Assembly: GCA_963724315.1 (NCBI GenBank)
Contig: CAVRUF010000010.1
Coordinates: 60,956 to 124,955 of the forward strand
Direction of reading: 5' to 3'
DNA: 64,000 nt
Origin: an uncultured Actinomycetes bacterium
Lineage (GTDB): Bacteria; Actinomycetota; Thermoleophilia; Gaiellales; Gaiellaceae
Position numbers and translations under genes: made by a program. Numbering within the stretch: position 1 is the first letter of the stretch; each line of letters starts with the position of its first letter. Shown here one piece after another: positions 39,408 to 51,768 of this stretch. Under the pieces are notes generated by a model. That model was not told the DNA's origin. It saw nothing but the letters and a program-made list of their open reading frames with translations, and did no database searches.

Positions 39408-40054
39408 ACGGCCAGCGAGAACAGGATCCCGAGCGCGACGAGCGCGAGGACGGTGAGGACGATCGCGCCGAGCGTGCGGACGAGCGGCCAGGCGTGGACG
39501 GTCATGACGCCGAAGATGAGCAGCCCCATCGCCCAGAGCGAGAACGCGACGTCGGCGCCGTAGAAGACCCACCGGCCGGCGCTGATCGAGTCGCGGCCGC
39601 CGCTGTGGAAGACGTGATCGCCGTAGGCGGCGAGTCGGATGGGCCACACGACGAACAGCGCGAGCGCAAGCGGCGCGGCGGCGAAGGCGAGCACGTGCCG
39701 GGCCCCTCGCGCCGTCCCGGCGCCCCCGGCGCCGCGGATGCCGACCGCCAGCGCCCCGCCGCCGATCCAGTAGGTGGCCGCGCCGTAGAGGGCGCCCGCG
39801 ATGAACACGATCATCGCGACCGTGATCCCGTCCCGCCTCGGGTCGTCCATGAGCGTCCCAACGCCGGGCGTGGCGAGCACGCCCGCGATCCCGGCCAGGA
39901 ACACCAGCGCCAGCACCACCTCCTGGCGCGCATCCATGGCCTCTCGCGACTCGTCGCGGAGCGCCAGGAACGTCGAACGGGGGGTTATGAGTACCCCAAT
40001 CGAGCGAAGCCACCAGGCTCGTTCGGATCCTCCGGCGGCGGCTTCGGCCTTCAT
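39404..40054 (-). CDS. Yip1-domain family membrane protein
   Basis: Read from [34 protein letters not shown]… within ORF 39404..40147. It has five hydrophobic helices typical of Yip1/YIF-like proteins. The start is uncertain. Confidence 0.5.
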   Translation of the reverse strand: MKAEAAAGGSERAWWLRSIGVLITPRSTFLALRDESREAMDARQEVVLALVFLAGIAGVLATPGVGTLMDDPRRDGITVAMIVFIAGALYGAATYWIGGGALAVGIRGAGGAGTARGARHVLAFAAAPLALALFVVWPIRLAAYGDHVFHSGGRDSISAGRWVFYGADVAFSLWAMGLLIFGVMTVHAWPLVRTLGAIVLTVLALVALGILFSLAV

Positions 40055-40209
40055 TGAGATCAGCTTAACCCTTGTAGCCAAGCGGCCTGGAGCCAAGCGC
40101 CCTACCACGGAGCGGTCGGTGGGATCACCCAAAAGGGGAGTGCCCACCCACCCCGATGGAGCCGAAACCTCATTCGTAAGGTCAGTCTGCGGCTACTCAA
40201 GGAGAAAAC

Positions 40210-40788
40210 ATGGCGAGGCGTACACGCAATCTGCTCACGACGCTCCTCTTGCTCGGAGTCGTCGGGAGCGTGGCCGGATGGGGCGTCTACTCGGCGTTCA
40301 CGGCCACCACGACCAACTCCGGCAACACGATCACCGCCGGCACGGTCTCGATCTCCCAGCACGCTGGTTCGACGACGCTCTACAGCGCGTCCAACCAGGG
40401 CCCCGGCGCGACCACGGTCGGCTGCATCCGGGTCACCTACGGCGGTTCGCTGGCCTCGAGCGTCAAGCTCTACAGCTCGAGCGTCACGAACGGCACGGCG
40501 TTCAACCTTCAGGTCGAGCGCGGTTCGGGCCTCACGTCGCCCGACAACACGATGAACTGCACGGGCTTCACGGCGTCGTCGACGGCGTACAACGGGGCCC
40601 TCGGCTCCTTCGCCGGGACGTACGCGGCCGGCGTCGACGGCAAGGCCGGCGGCGCTGCGTGGGCGACGAGCGACAGCGTCGACTACCGCTTCACGATCAC
40701 GGTGGTGGACGACCCGACGCCGAACGCCCACACGAGCTCGCTGAGCTCGGGTGCTCACACGTTCACGTGGGAGGCCAGGAACAACTAG
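40210..40788 (+). CDS. TasA/camelysin-like secreted protein with SipW-dependent ('alternate-type') signal peptide, paralog 1
   Basis: AAGGAGAAAAC lies before ATG 40210. MARRTRNLLTTLLLLGVVGSVAGWGVYSAFTATTTNSGNTITAGTVSIS… continues to …GCIRVTYGGSL…NCTGFT…FTWEARNN at the stop. Confidence 0.75.
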   Translation: MARRTRNLLTTLLLLGVVGSVAGWGVYSAFTATTTNSGNTITAGTVSISQHAGSTTLYSASNQGPGATTVGCIRVTYGGSLASSVKLYSSSVTNGTAFNLQVERGSGLTSPDNTMNCTGFTASSTAYNGALGSFAGTYAAGVDGKAGGAAWATSDSVDYRFTITVVDDPTPNAHTSSLSSGAHTFTWEARNN

Positions 40789-40810
40789 GACGAGCTAGCC
40801 CGACTGACGC

Positions 40811-41398
40811 TTGATCGCGCTGGGAGCGGAGATGAGATCTCTCGCCTTCGCTCCCGGCCGGTCAGGAGAGCGGGTCATGCTTGCGGCAACTCGTATCCGG
40901 ATCGACTGGCTGGCGCTCGTCGCCGGAGTCGTCCTCGCGGCAATCGCACTCGCCGGCTGGCGAGTCGACGGAGGTCTCAATCCGCCCCCCGCGGATGTCG
41001 CCCTCCTCGTAGCACCGTCCCAGGAGATCGCAATCGCGACGACCTCGGGCTCGGACGAAGCGGTGGCCATTCGAGCGACGGACTCGGAACAAGGCGTAGC
41101 GCGAGGCCTCGAGATCCGAAACGCGACGGGCGGCAAGCTCGACCTCCGTCTTCAGGCCACCCCGGCGACGGGCGAACTCGACGAGTCGCTCACCGTCCGG
41201 ATCGTGACCGGAGGACAGACGCTCTTCGAAGGGCCGCTCGGGGCGCTTCGAGCCGGAACTCCGGCCTTCGCCCTCGAGAGCCACGAGACGTCAGACGTGC
41301 AGGTGCTCGCTTGGATCCCGACCTCCGCTCGAGATGAGTCGTGGGGAGCGCGGTCCGAGCAGGTGAGGCTCGAAATCGTCACCACACCAAGCGCATGA
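40811..41398 (+). CDS. membrane-anchored beta-rich accessory protein of the TasA-like cluster (unknown family)
   Basis: ORF 40811..41398. The likely start is ATG 40877 (MLAATRIRIDWLALVAGVVLAAIALAGW, a TM helix). The ectodomain reads …LEIRNATGGKLDLRLQATP…LTVRIVTGGQTLFEGPLG…VLAWIP…VRLEIVTTP. The stop overlaps the next start (ATGA). Confidence 0.55.
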   Translation: MIALGAEMRSLAFAPGRSGERVMLAATRIRIDWLALVAGVVLAAIALAGWRVDGGLNPPPADVALLVAPSQEIAIATTSGSDEAVAIRATDSEQGVARGLEIRNATGGKLDLRLQATPATGELDESLTVRIVTGGQTLFEGPLGALRAGTPAFALESHETSDVQVLAWIPTSARDESWGARSEQVRLEIVTTPSA

Positions 41399-42049
41399 GA
41401 CTCTCGATCCAGATCATCCACACTGACGGCGGCGGCCAGGCCCAGCGGCCTGTGCGGCGGCGGCGCGGCAGGAGCAAGCTGCTCTTCCTCTCCGTCCTCT
41501 GCGCAGCTCTCGGGCTCGCCGGCTTCGGCGTCTACTCGGCCTACACGGCGACGACGACGAACACCGGCAACTCGTTCGCCTCCGGCACCGTGTCGATCAC
41601 GGACAACGACTCCTCGACGGCGATGCTGAGCCTCGCGAACGCGAAGCCCGGCGACTCCGACTCGAGTTGCGTGCGGGTGACCTACACCGGTTCCCTCGCG
41701 GCGAATGTGCACCTCTACGGCGCGTCGAGCGGCGGGCTCGCGCCGTACCTCACGCTCACGATCACCCGCGGGACGGACCCGTCGCCGTCCTTCGATTCCT
41801 GCACCGGATTCACGCCCGACGCGACGAACTACATCGGCGCAGGCGCCGGCATCGTCTACCAGGGCGCGCTCTCGGCGTTCGGCACGAACTGGGCGACCGG
41901 GGTCGTCGACCCCGTCACAGGGAGCCCGGAGAGCTGGACGCTGAACGAGTTCCACTCGTACCGCTACACGATCACGCTTGGACGACAACAACGCGGCCCA
42001 GAACCAGACCGGGACGGCCTCCTTCACCTGGGAGGCTCGGAACCTGTGA
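41395..42049 (+). pseudogene. TasA/camelysin-like secreted protein with SipW-dependent signal peptide, paralog 2; one frame break near 41980
   Basis: MRLSIQ…RRRRGRSKLLFLSVLCAALGLAGFGVYSAYTATTTNTGNSFASGTVSITDND…SCVRVTYTGSL…SCTGFTPD…HSYRYTITL reads in one frame. After removing one base in cttgg (41978-41981) it continues DDNNAAQNQTGTASFTWEARNL to the stop at 42047-42049. Confidence 0.75.
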
Positions 42050-42654
42050 CCTCGGTGACCACGTCACACGACATCTCCGCGGCATATGCGCGGGCGTGGG
42101 ACGCCCGCGTTCGTCGTTCCACGGTGGGTCGTATCGTGCGGATCGCCTGCCTCTTCGCTGGTCGGGTTCACGGTCACGATCGCGTCCGCGGTCACGGTGC
42201 CGCTGGCGTTCGGCATGCACTCGTTCGCCGTCCTGTCGGGGAGCATGGAGCCGACGATCTCGACCGGCGACGTCATCGTCGTCAAGACGATCTCGCCGCT
42301 CGAGGCGAAGGTCGGAGACGTCGTCAGCTTCCGCGACCCGGAGAACGCTTCGCGCGGCTTCTGTCGCACCGGGTCACGCAGATCCACGTGATGCCCGAGG
42401 GCGTCGCGTTCGTCACCAAGGGCGACGCGAACACCGGCGTCGAGCGCTGGCAGATCGCCCGCAACGGCACGATCGGCCGCGCCGAATACCACGTCCCCAA
42501 GCTCGGCTATCTGACGAACCGGCTCGGAAGCCGGTTCGGACGGCTGCTGTTCTTCGTCCTCCCGCTCATCCTGCTCGCGGGACTCGAGCTGCGCCGTCTT
42601 TGGAACAGCGACGACGATGATCCGAAGGAGCCGTCGGATGCGTCCGCGCACTAG
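42046..42654 (+). pseudogene. signal peptidase I, archaeal/ER type (S26B, SipW-like), 2 frame breaks
   Basis: GTG 42046 overlaps the preceding stop (GTGA). TM segment …FTVTIASAVTVPLAF… is followed by LSGSMEPTISTGDVIVVKTISP…GDVVSFRDPEN (ORF 42086..42391, catalytic Ser in SGSMEP). This joins …SHRVTQIH…FVTKGDANTGVERW…YHVPKLGY… and a C-terminal TM helix LLFFVLPLILLAGL (frame of ORF 41341..42654). Confidence 0.75.
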
Positions 42655-44504
42655 GCGTCTCCGCAGGTTCCTGATCGTCATGGTCGTCGCCGGCATCGCC
42701 GGGACGGCCGTCGGCGTCATCCACGCGGCCTTCTTCGCGACCACCGGCAACACCGGGAGCTCGTTCGACGTCCGGCTCGGTCGTGCTGACGGACAACGAC
42801 GCGGGCGCCGCCGCGCTCACCCTGTCCGCCGCCAACCCCGGCGCGACCGACACGGGCTGCATCCGGCTCTCGTACACGGGCTCGCTCAACTCGACCGTCC
42901 GCCACTACGCGGACGTCACGGGCGCGCTGGCTCCCTACCTCACCTTCAAGCTCACGCGCGGCACCGACTCGGCGCCGTCGTTCCGCTCCTGCGCGAGCTT
43001 CACGCCGGACACCTGCGACTACTTCGGAAAGGGCGCCGGCGTCCTCTACGACGGCCTGCTCTCGAGCTACCCGACCACCTATGCGGCCGGCATCCAGGAC
43101 TACACGTGCACCGGATCGTCGAACTACGCGACGACGATCACCGGGACGACCGGGATCGTCGAGCTTCTGGCGGCTCGACCCGCTCGTCAGCTCCGACTCC
43201 TACACGGACACGTCCGGGGTGCTGCTCGAAAACCACACGGGCGAGCGCGGCGCGACCTGGACGCAGACGGTGCTCTCCGAGCAGTCGGCGATCATCACGA
43301 ACGAGAACCGCACCCGGAAGAACGGGACCGGCGTCGCGGTCTACACGTCGTCCGGCGCGACCGTGAACGCCGACTACGCGGTCGAGGCCGACGTGCACGT
43401 GAAGTCGCTGATCGCGAACGACGCGATCGGCGTGCTCGGACGCTACGACCCGTCGATCGTCACGGGCACCGGAACCTGGTACCTGGCGCGCTACTCGAAC
43501 GCGGGCACGCCCCGCTGGGAGCTCTACAAGGACGTCAACGGCACCCAGACGATGCTCGGCAGCTTCAACCAGACGCTGACGGTCGGATCGAGCTACCGCG
43601 TGCGCCTCGAGATGATCGGGACTGCGATCAGGCTCTACGTCGACGGCGTCCAGCGCGTCAATGTCGTCGACGCAGCCGTCGCCGCCGCCGGCCTCCCCGG
43701 CGTCCGGATCGGCTCGCCCGGCTCCGCGGTCACGACCTCGAACACCACCGGTCTTCACTTCGACAACTACGCCGTCTACGACATCCCGGCCGACGATTCG
43801 GTCGCCGCGAACAACGGGACGATCAACGGCGGCCCGGCGAGGAACACAGGAGCGATCGCCGGCGACTCGAACGCGTCGATGGTGTTCGACGGAACGGACG
43901 ACTACGTGCGCGTCGCGCGCCAGATCTCGGACAACTTCTCGATCGAGTTCTGGTTCAACTCGACGCAGGGCATCGGGGCCGGCGGCGCCTGGACGACCGG
44001 CGCCGGGCTCGTGGACGCGAACACCGCCGGCGTGACCAACGACTTCGGCGTCTCGCTTGTCGTCCGCCGGCCGCGTGCTCGCCGGAACCGGAAACGCCGA
44101 CACGACGATCCAGTCGGGCACGGGCCTCAACGACGGGGCCTGGCACCACGTGGTCTTCACCCGCGTCCGCGCGAGCGGTGCGCTCGTCCTGTACGTCGAC
44201 GGCCAGCAGGTCGCGACCGGGACCGGCGGCACGAACGCGCTCACGGCGTCCGCGAACATCGATATCGGCCGGCTCCAGACCGCCGCGAACTACTTCGCGG
44301 GCCGCCTCGACGAGGTCGCGGTCTACAACACCGCGCTCTCCCCGGCGACGGTGCTCTCGCACTACGACACCGCCCGTGTGCCCGAGGTCTGGACGAACCC
44401 CGAGAACCACTCCTACAAGCTCGAGATCACGCTCGCGAACACGAACGCCGTCGAGGGCCTCTCCGCCACGTCGACGTTCCGGTGGGAGGCGACGAAACCA
44501 GTGA
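42638..44504 (+). pseudogene. TasA-like protein with SipW-type signal peptide, interrupted by two concanavalin/LamG-type lectin-fold domains; about 4 frame breaks
   Basis: AAGGAG lies 7 nt before ATG 42638. MRPRTRRLRRFLIVMVVAGIAGTAVGVIHAAFFATTGNTGSSF joins SGSVVLTDNDAGAAALTLS…GCIRLSYTGSL…SCASFTPD…, which joins SFWRLDP…WYLARYSN…IRLYVDGVQ… (jelly-roll 1). That joins …MVFDGTDDYVRVA…FSIEFWF…GAWHHVVFT…LVLYVDGQQV…FAGRLDEVAVYNTALSPATVLSHY (LamG). The last segment is …PENHSYKLEITLANTNAVEGLSATSTFRWEAT(NQ), with the stop at 44502-44504 after removing one A from AAA 44495-44497. Confidence 0.65.
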
Positions 44505-45644
44505 TGCGCCTCCTCACCGTCGTCTGCGCGATCGCCGTCGCCCTCGGAACGGCCGCGGCCGCCTTGGCCGCCTTCAGCGCGATCACGTCGAACGCGAGCA
44601 CGTTCTCGGCGAACCCGGACCTCTCGAACCCGACGGTCACGGCGTCGATCATCGCGCGCCCGTCCGGCCTCCTCCCCGGGAAGATCCGCCAGGGCGGCCA
44701 GTACTACGTCTACGCGAACGCGACCGACGCGGGCAACCCGCCGAGCGGGATCTCGACGGTCACGGCCAACATGACGACGTTCGACACGGGCACCGGCTCG
44801 GTCGCGCTGACGACGGCCGGCGGCCCCTGGACGGTGAACGCGGTCTCGTACGCGTACCGCTCGGCGCTCCTGACCGCGAACACGCCGCTCGTCACCGGCA
44901 CCTCCTACGTCTACACGGTCACGGCGAACGACAACGCGTCCCACACGAGCGGCGCGACGAACTTCAACGTCACGATCGAGACCTACGCGGAGGTCATCTC
45001 CGCGATGACCGGGCTCGTCAGCTACTGGAAGCTGAACGAGGGCGCCGGGACGAACGCGGCCGACAGCGCCGGCGCGAACACCGGCACGTACACGAACACG
45101 CCGACGCTCGGCCAGGCCGGCGCGCTGACCGGCGACACGACCACGTCGGTGTCCTTCAACGGCACGAACGAGTACGTGAACGTCGCCGACGCGGCCTCGC
45201 CTCGACATCACGGGCAACATCACGATCGAGGCCTGGATCCGCTCGAACACGCTCATCAACAACTCGACGATCCTGTCGAAGGGCTCGACGGCCGGCTACC
45301 GCCTGATGCGGAACGGCAACAACAACCCGTCCCAGTTCGGCACGAGCGGCCCGACCAACGGGAACCTGAACGGCGCCACGTCGATCAACGACGGCGTCTG
45401 GCACCACATCGTCGCCGTCTACAACGGCGCGAACAAGTACATCTACCTCGACGGCGTGCAGGACGCCACGGTCGCCGCCACCGGCGCGATCACGGCGAAC
45501 GCCACCGCCCTGCGAATCGCCGAGAACGCACAGGCGACCGGGCGCTACTGGGCCGGCTGGATCGACGAGGTCTCGCTCTACAACGTCGCGCTCACGCCCG
45601 CCGAGGTGCTCGACCACTACAACGCCGGCAAGGGCACGGGGTAA
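44504..45644 (+). pseudogene. secreted Ig-like + LamG (Laminin_G_3-like) domain protein with SipW-type signal peptide; one frame break near 45200
   Basis: ATG 44504 overlaps the preceding TGA (TGATG). MRLLTVVCAIAVALGTAAAALAAFSAITSNASTFSANP… leads to a beta-rich domain, then …LVSYWKLNEGAGTNAADSAG…SVSFNGTNEYVNV. This joins …LDITGNITIEAWI… and ORF 45306..45644 (…GVWHHIVAVYNGANKYIYLDGV…WAGWIDEVSLYNVALTPAEVLDHYNAG). Confidence 0.65.
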
Positions 45645-45647
45645 CCG

Positions 45648-46615
45648 ATGAACGACGTCCACGAGCCCGAGATCCAGGGCCCCGACGACGATCCGTCGGA
45701 CGACCCGTACTACACCGGGACGCCTCCCGCCGAGCTCGCCGAGGAGCAGCTCGCGGCGCCGCTGGCTCGCGATCCTGCTCGCGATCCTCGTCATCCCGCT
45801 GCTCGTCGCGCTCGCCCTCGCGGGCGGAAGCGGGACGGGCTCCGGCTCCGGCTCCGGAGCCGCCCGAGTGCTCGGCCGCGAGCCCGGAGAACGCCGCGGC
45901 CTGCGCGACCACGACGACGGACACGACCCCGATCCAGTTCCCGGGCAACCCCGTTCCGCCCACGACGACCACGACGGGCTCGGGCGGCGGCGTCTCCGCC
46001 CGTGACGGTGTCGCCTCCCCCGCCGGTGTCGCCGCCTCCGCCGAGCTTCAATCCGACCCCTCCGCCGAGCCCGGCTCCGCCGCCTCCGCCCACGCCTCCG
46101 GCTCCGCCGCCCCCGCCTTCGCCTTCGCCTCCCCCGCCGCCCCCGGCGTACGACGGGCCTCCGAAGCTGACGCAGCTGAACGGCAGCAAGCCGCTCTTCA
46201 AGCTGCCGAACGCGGCCGCCGGCAAGACGGTCTCGCGCTGCGTGACGATCAAGTACAACGGGAATCCGTCCGCGCGCGTGCGGCTCTTCGGCGACCCCAG
46301 CGGCGGGCTCGAGAACTACATCGACCTGAAGGTCGTGCGCGGCACGTCCACCTCGGGCACGAACGGCTCGTGCGCCGGGTTCACGCCCGACTCGACGAAC
46401 TACCTCGGCGACGGCTCAGGCGTGATCTTCAAGGGGCTCCTGTCGACCTTCCCGGCGACGTTCGCGGCAAGCCAGGACGATCCCACCCAGGCCGACCGCG
46501 AGAAGTGGACGAACGGCGAGAAGCACACGTACCGCTTCGAGGTGACGCTCCGCTCGAACAACGCCGCGCAGGGCCTCACGGTCTCGATGGACTTCGCCTG
46601 GCAGGCGAAGGACTA

Positions 46616-46619
<4 letters not shown>
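45648..46619 (+). pseudogene. type-II membrane-anchored protein: acidic cytoplasmic N-terminus, TM helix, Thr/Pro-rich stalk, C-terminal TasA-like domain; about 3 frame breaks
   Basis: MNDVHEPEIQGPDDDPSDDPYYTGTPPAELAEEQLAA joins RRRWLAILLAILVIPLLVALALAGGSGTGSGSGS (second frame). This joins EPPECSAASPENAAACATTTTDTTPIQFPGNPVPPTTTTTGSGGG (third frame). It then returns to PPVTVSPPPPVSPPPPSFNPTPPPSPAPPPPPTPPAPPPPPSPSPPPPPPAYDGPP…SRCVTIKYNGN…SCAGFTPD…HTYRFEVTLRSNNAAQGLTVSMDFAWQAKDY at the stop. Confidence 0.6.
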
Positions 46620-49459
<2,840 letters not shown>

Positions 49460-49506
49460 GCAGAGCCAGTCTAGCTCCGGCCCCGGACGAACGCATGTTC
49501 GCTTCG

Positions 49507-49863
49507 CTACGGAGCCAGGCGGCCCGGATCGGGCACGTACGGAACCTCGAGGTTGCCGGCGATCACGGTGCCGTAGCCGAGCATCCTCCCCACGAGGCTC
49601 TGGTCGATCTCGATCGCGCCGCCGGGGGGAAGCTCCGCGGCCGCGGCGCGCCGGCGCAGGACCCCGTGGACGACGAGCAGCTTGCGGCTCGTGACCACGA
49701 GCCTCGTGCGGTCCCAGGCGAGGACGGAGCGGACGGCGATCCAGGCCGCTAGCACGAGCGCCAGCGTGCCCGGCGCGAGCACCGGCCAGTACTCGGCGTT
49801 GCCGAGGACGACGAGGCCCAGGCCGACCGCGGCGAAGAAGCACGCCCGGATGAAGGGGCGCAC
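49507..49863 (-). CDS. membrane protein with bacterial PH (bPH_2/YdbS-like) domain
   Basis: 118-aa ORF with two N-terminal TM helices, then …[23 protein letters not shown]…[18 protein letters not shown]…. Confidence 0.5.
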   Translation of the reverse strand: MRPFIRACFFAAVGLGLVVLGNAEYWPVLAPGTLALVLAAWIAVRSVLAWDRTRLVVTSRKLLVVHGVLRRRAAAAELPPGGAIEIDQSLVGRMLGYGTVIAGNLEVPYVPDPGRLAP

Positions 49864-49967
49864 GAGCGCGGCCGCATGGGGACGGTCGTCGAGCCGAACC
49901 GACTCGCCGGGCTCCAGGTACTTCGCGCATGCGTCGCCGTTCGGCGACGCGCGCGTCGAGCCCCTAC

Positions 49968-50207
49968 CTAGGCCTTGCGCCAGCGGCGGAACACGAGTCC
50001 GCCGATGGTGAAGCCGAGGCCGAACGTGCCGACGGCGAATCCGCCGACCGCCACGGCCTTCCGCGCGCCGTCCATGCGCTCCCAGCGTCCGAGCGCGTCG
50101 GTCTCTTCCGGCGAAAGCGGCTCACCGCGCCGCTTCTTGCGGCCTGCCGCCCCGGCGCGCAGCCCGACGTAGATGTCGTCGAAGAGCTCGTTGGATTCTT
50201 CAGCCAT
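49968..50207 (-). CDS. small C-terminally membrane-anchored hypothetical protein
   Basis: MAEESNELFDDIYVGLRAG…AVAVGGFAVGTFGLGFTIGGLVF lies within ORF 49968..50213. No family recognised. Confidence 0.35.
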   Translation of the reverse strand: MAEESNELFDDIYVGLRAGAAGRKKRRGEPLSPEETDALGRWERMDGARKAVAVGGFAVGTFGLGFTIGGLVFRRWRKA

Positions 50208-50232
50208 GCACACATTGTAGTCTCAGGCCCAG

Positions 50233-51018
50233 ATGTGGCCGGTGCGGGTTCTCCATGTTTCCGACCTGCACGCCGGCACGGCGGAGGAGCCCCAGATCGA
50301 ATCGGCGCTCCGCGCGCTCGTTTCCGAGGCCGATCCCGAGCTCGTCGTCGCGAGCGGCGACCTGACGCACCGCAACCAGCCCGAGCAGCACGCCCGCGCC
50401 GCCGCGCTCCTGCGCTCGCTCGAGCGGCCGCTGCTCGTCGTCCCGGGAAACCACGACATTCCGATGCTCCCGCCCGGCCGGTGGACCTCGACGTTCGCCG
50501 CCTTCCGGCGCGAATGGCCCGAGACGGAGCCCGTCTACCGCTCGGAGCGGATCGTCGCGTGCGGGCTCAACTCGGTGCGTTCCTGGCGGTGGCAGGCCGG
50601 CGGGCTCTCGGAGGAGCAGACCGCCCGCGCCGCCGGGGTGTTCGCCGACGCGCCGCCGGGCGCACTCCGGATCGTCGCGCTCCACCACCAGCTCGCGAGC
50701 CCGCCCTGGCGCACGGGCAAGCGTCCGGTCGCGCACCGCGGACGTGTGCTCGACGCGCTGGCGGAGGCGGGCGCCGAGCTCATCCTCTCGGGCCACGCCC
50801 ACCAGAGCTCGATCGTCGAGCGGCGCGAGTTCCAGTCGGGCGAGGGCGGCCTCGTGATCGCGACCGCGCCCGGGCTCGGACATCCGCGGCCGAAGCGCCG
50901 CGGCGAGGCGCGCGGCCTGCACCGCTTCGACGTGGACGAGACGACGATCCGCGCCCTCACCTACGCCTGGAACGGCGAGGGCTGGACCGAGATCGCCGAC
51001 CGGCGCTTTCCCCGCTGA
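50233..51018 (+). CDS. metallophosphoesterase (calcineurin-like)
   Basis: ORF has VLHVSDLHAG, SGDLTHRN, VPGNHD, ALHH, and SGHAHQ, the canonical motif series. Confidence 0.85.
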   Translation: MWPVRVLHVSDLHAGTAEEPQIESALRALVSEADPELVVASGDLTHRNQPEQHARAAALLRSLERPLLVVPGNHDIPMLPPGRWTSTFAAFRREWPETEPVYRSERIVACGLNSVRSWRWQAGGLSEEQTARAAGVFADAPPGALRIVALHHQLASPPWRTGKRPVAHRGRVLDALAEAGAELILSGHAHQSSIVERREFQSGEGGLVIATAPGLGHPRPKRRGEARGLHRFDVDETTIRALTYAWNGEGWTEIADRRFPR

Positions 51019-51035
51019 CCGCTACCCTGGGCGCG

Positions 51036-51482
51036 ATGCGCTTCGTGCTCGCCGCCGTCGTCGCCCTCGTCCTCGCCGCTCCGGCGCAGGCCGCGATCGT
51101 GCCCGGCAAGTCGATCGCCGGCGTGAAGCTCGGGATGACGCAGGCGCAGGTGACCGGCGTGCTCGGCGCTCCGGTGTCGACGCAGCACGGGACGAACGAG
51201 TTCGGCTCCTTCACCGTGTTCAGGTACAAGCGGCTCTGGGTGACGTTCCAGGGCGACGTGACCGTGACCGCCGTGAAGACGACCCGGAAGAACGAGCTCA
51301 CGCCGCACGGCGTCCACGTCGGGTCGACCCGCGCGCAGCTCAAGGCGGGCGTGACGAAGCTCCACTGCATCACGAAGCGGCTCTGCCAGAAGGGCCAGAG
51401 CGTCCCCGGCGCCCGCGTGACCGTCTTCCGGCTCTTCCACGACAAGGTCACGAGCGTGCTGGTCGGCTTCGTTATCGACTGA
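51036..51482 (+). CDS. secreted hypothetical protein
   Basis: ATG 51036 lies in the tail of ORF 49929..51482. MRFVLAAVVALVLAAPAQA is a signal peptide, followed by a beta-rich 130-aa body. No family recognised. Confidence 0.5.
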   Translation: MRFVLAAVVALVLAAPAQAAIVPGKSIAGVKLGMTQAQVTGVLGAPVSTQHGTNEFGSFTVFRYKRLWVTFQGDVTVTAVKTTRKNELTPHGVHVGSTRAQLKAGVTKLHCITKRLCQKGQSVPGARVTVFRLFHDKVTSVLVGFVID

Positions 51483-51522
51483 TTCGGACCGTTAGCTGCC
51501 ATCGCAGTGGTATTGTGATGGC

Positions 51523-51768
51523 ATGAGAACTACCATCGATGGTGCCGGGCGGCTCGTCGTTCCCAAGCCTCTCCGCGACCAGCTCGGCCTCGAGCCAGGG
51601 ACTGAGCTCGACGTCGCCGTGCGCGACGGCCGGCTCGAGATCGACGTTCCTCCGGTGGAGATGCGGCTCGAGCGGCGTGGCAAAGGGCTCGTTGCCGTGA
51701 CGGAGACGCCGGTGCCCGCGCTCACCGCGGACGAGGTTCGACGCGCGCTCGACCGCACGCGCGGATGA
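51523..51768 (+). CDS. vapB: AbrB/MazE/SpoVT-type antitoxin (VapB-like)
   Basis: MRTTIDGAGRLVVPKPLRDQLGL.PGTELDV… is a SpoVT-AbrB looped-hinge motif. The stop overlaps the PIN gene start. Confidence 0.8.
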   Translation: MRTTIDGAGRLVVPKPLRDQLGLEPGTELDVAVRDGRLEIDVPPVEMRLERRGKGLVAVTETPVPALTADEVRRALDRTRG

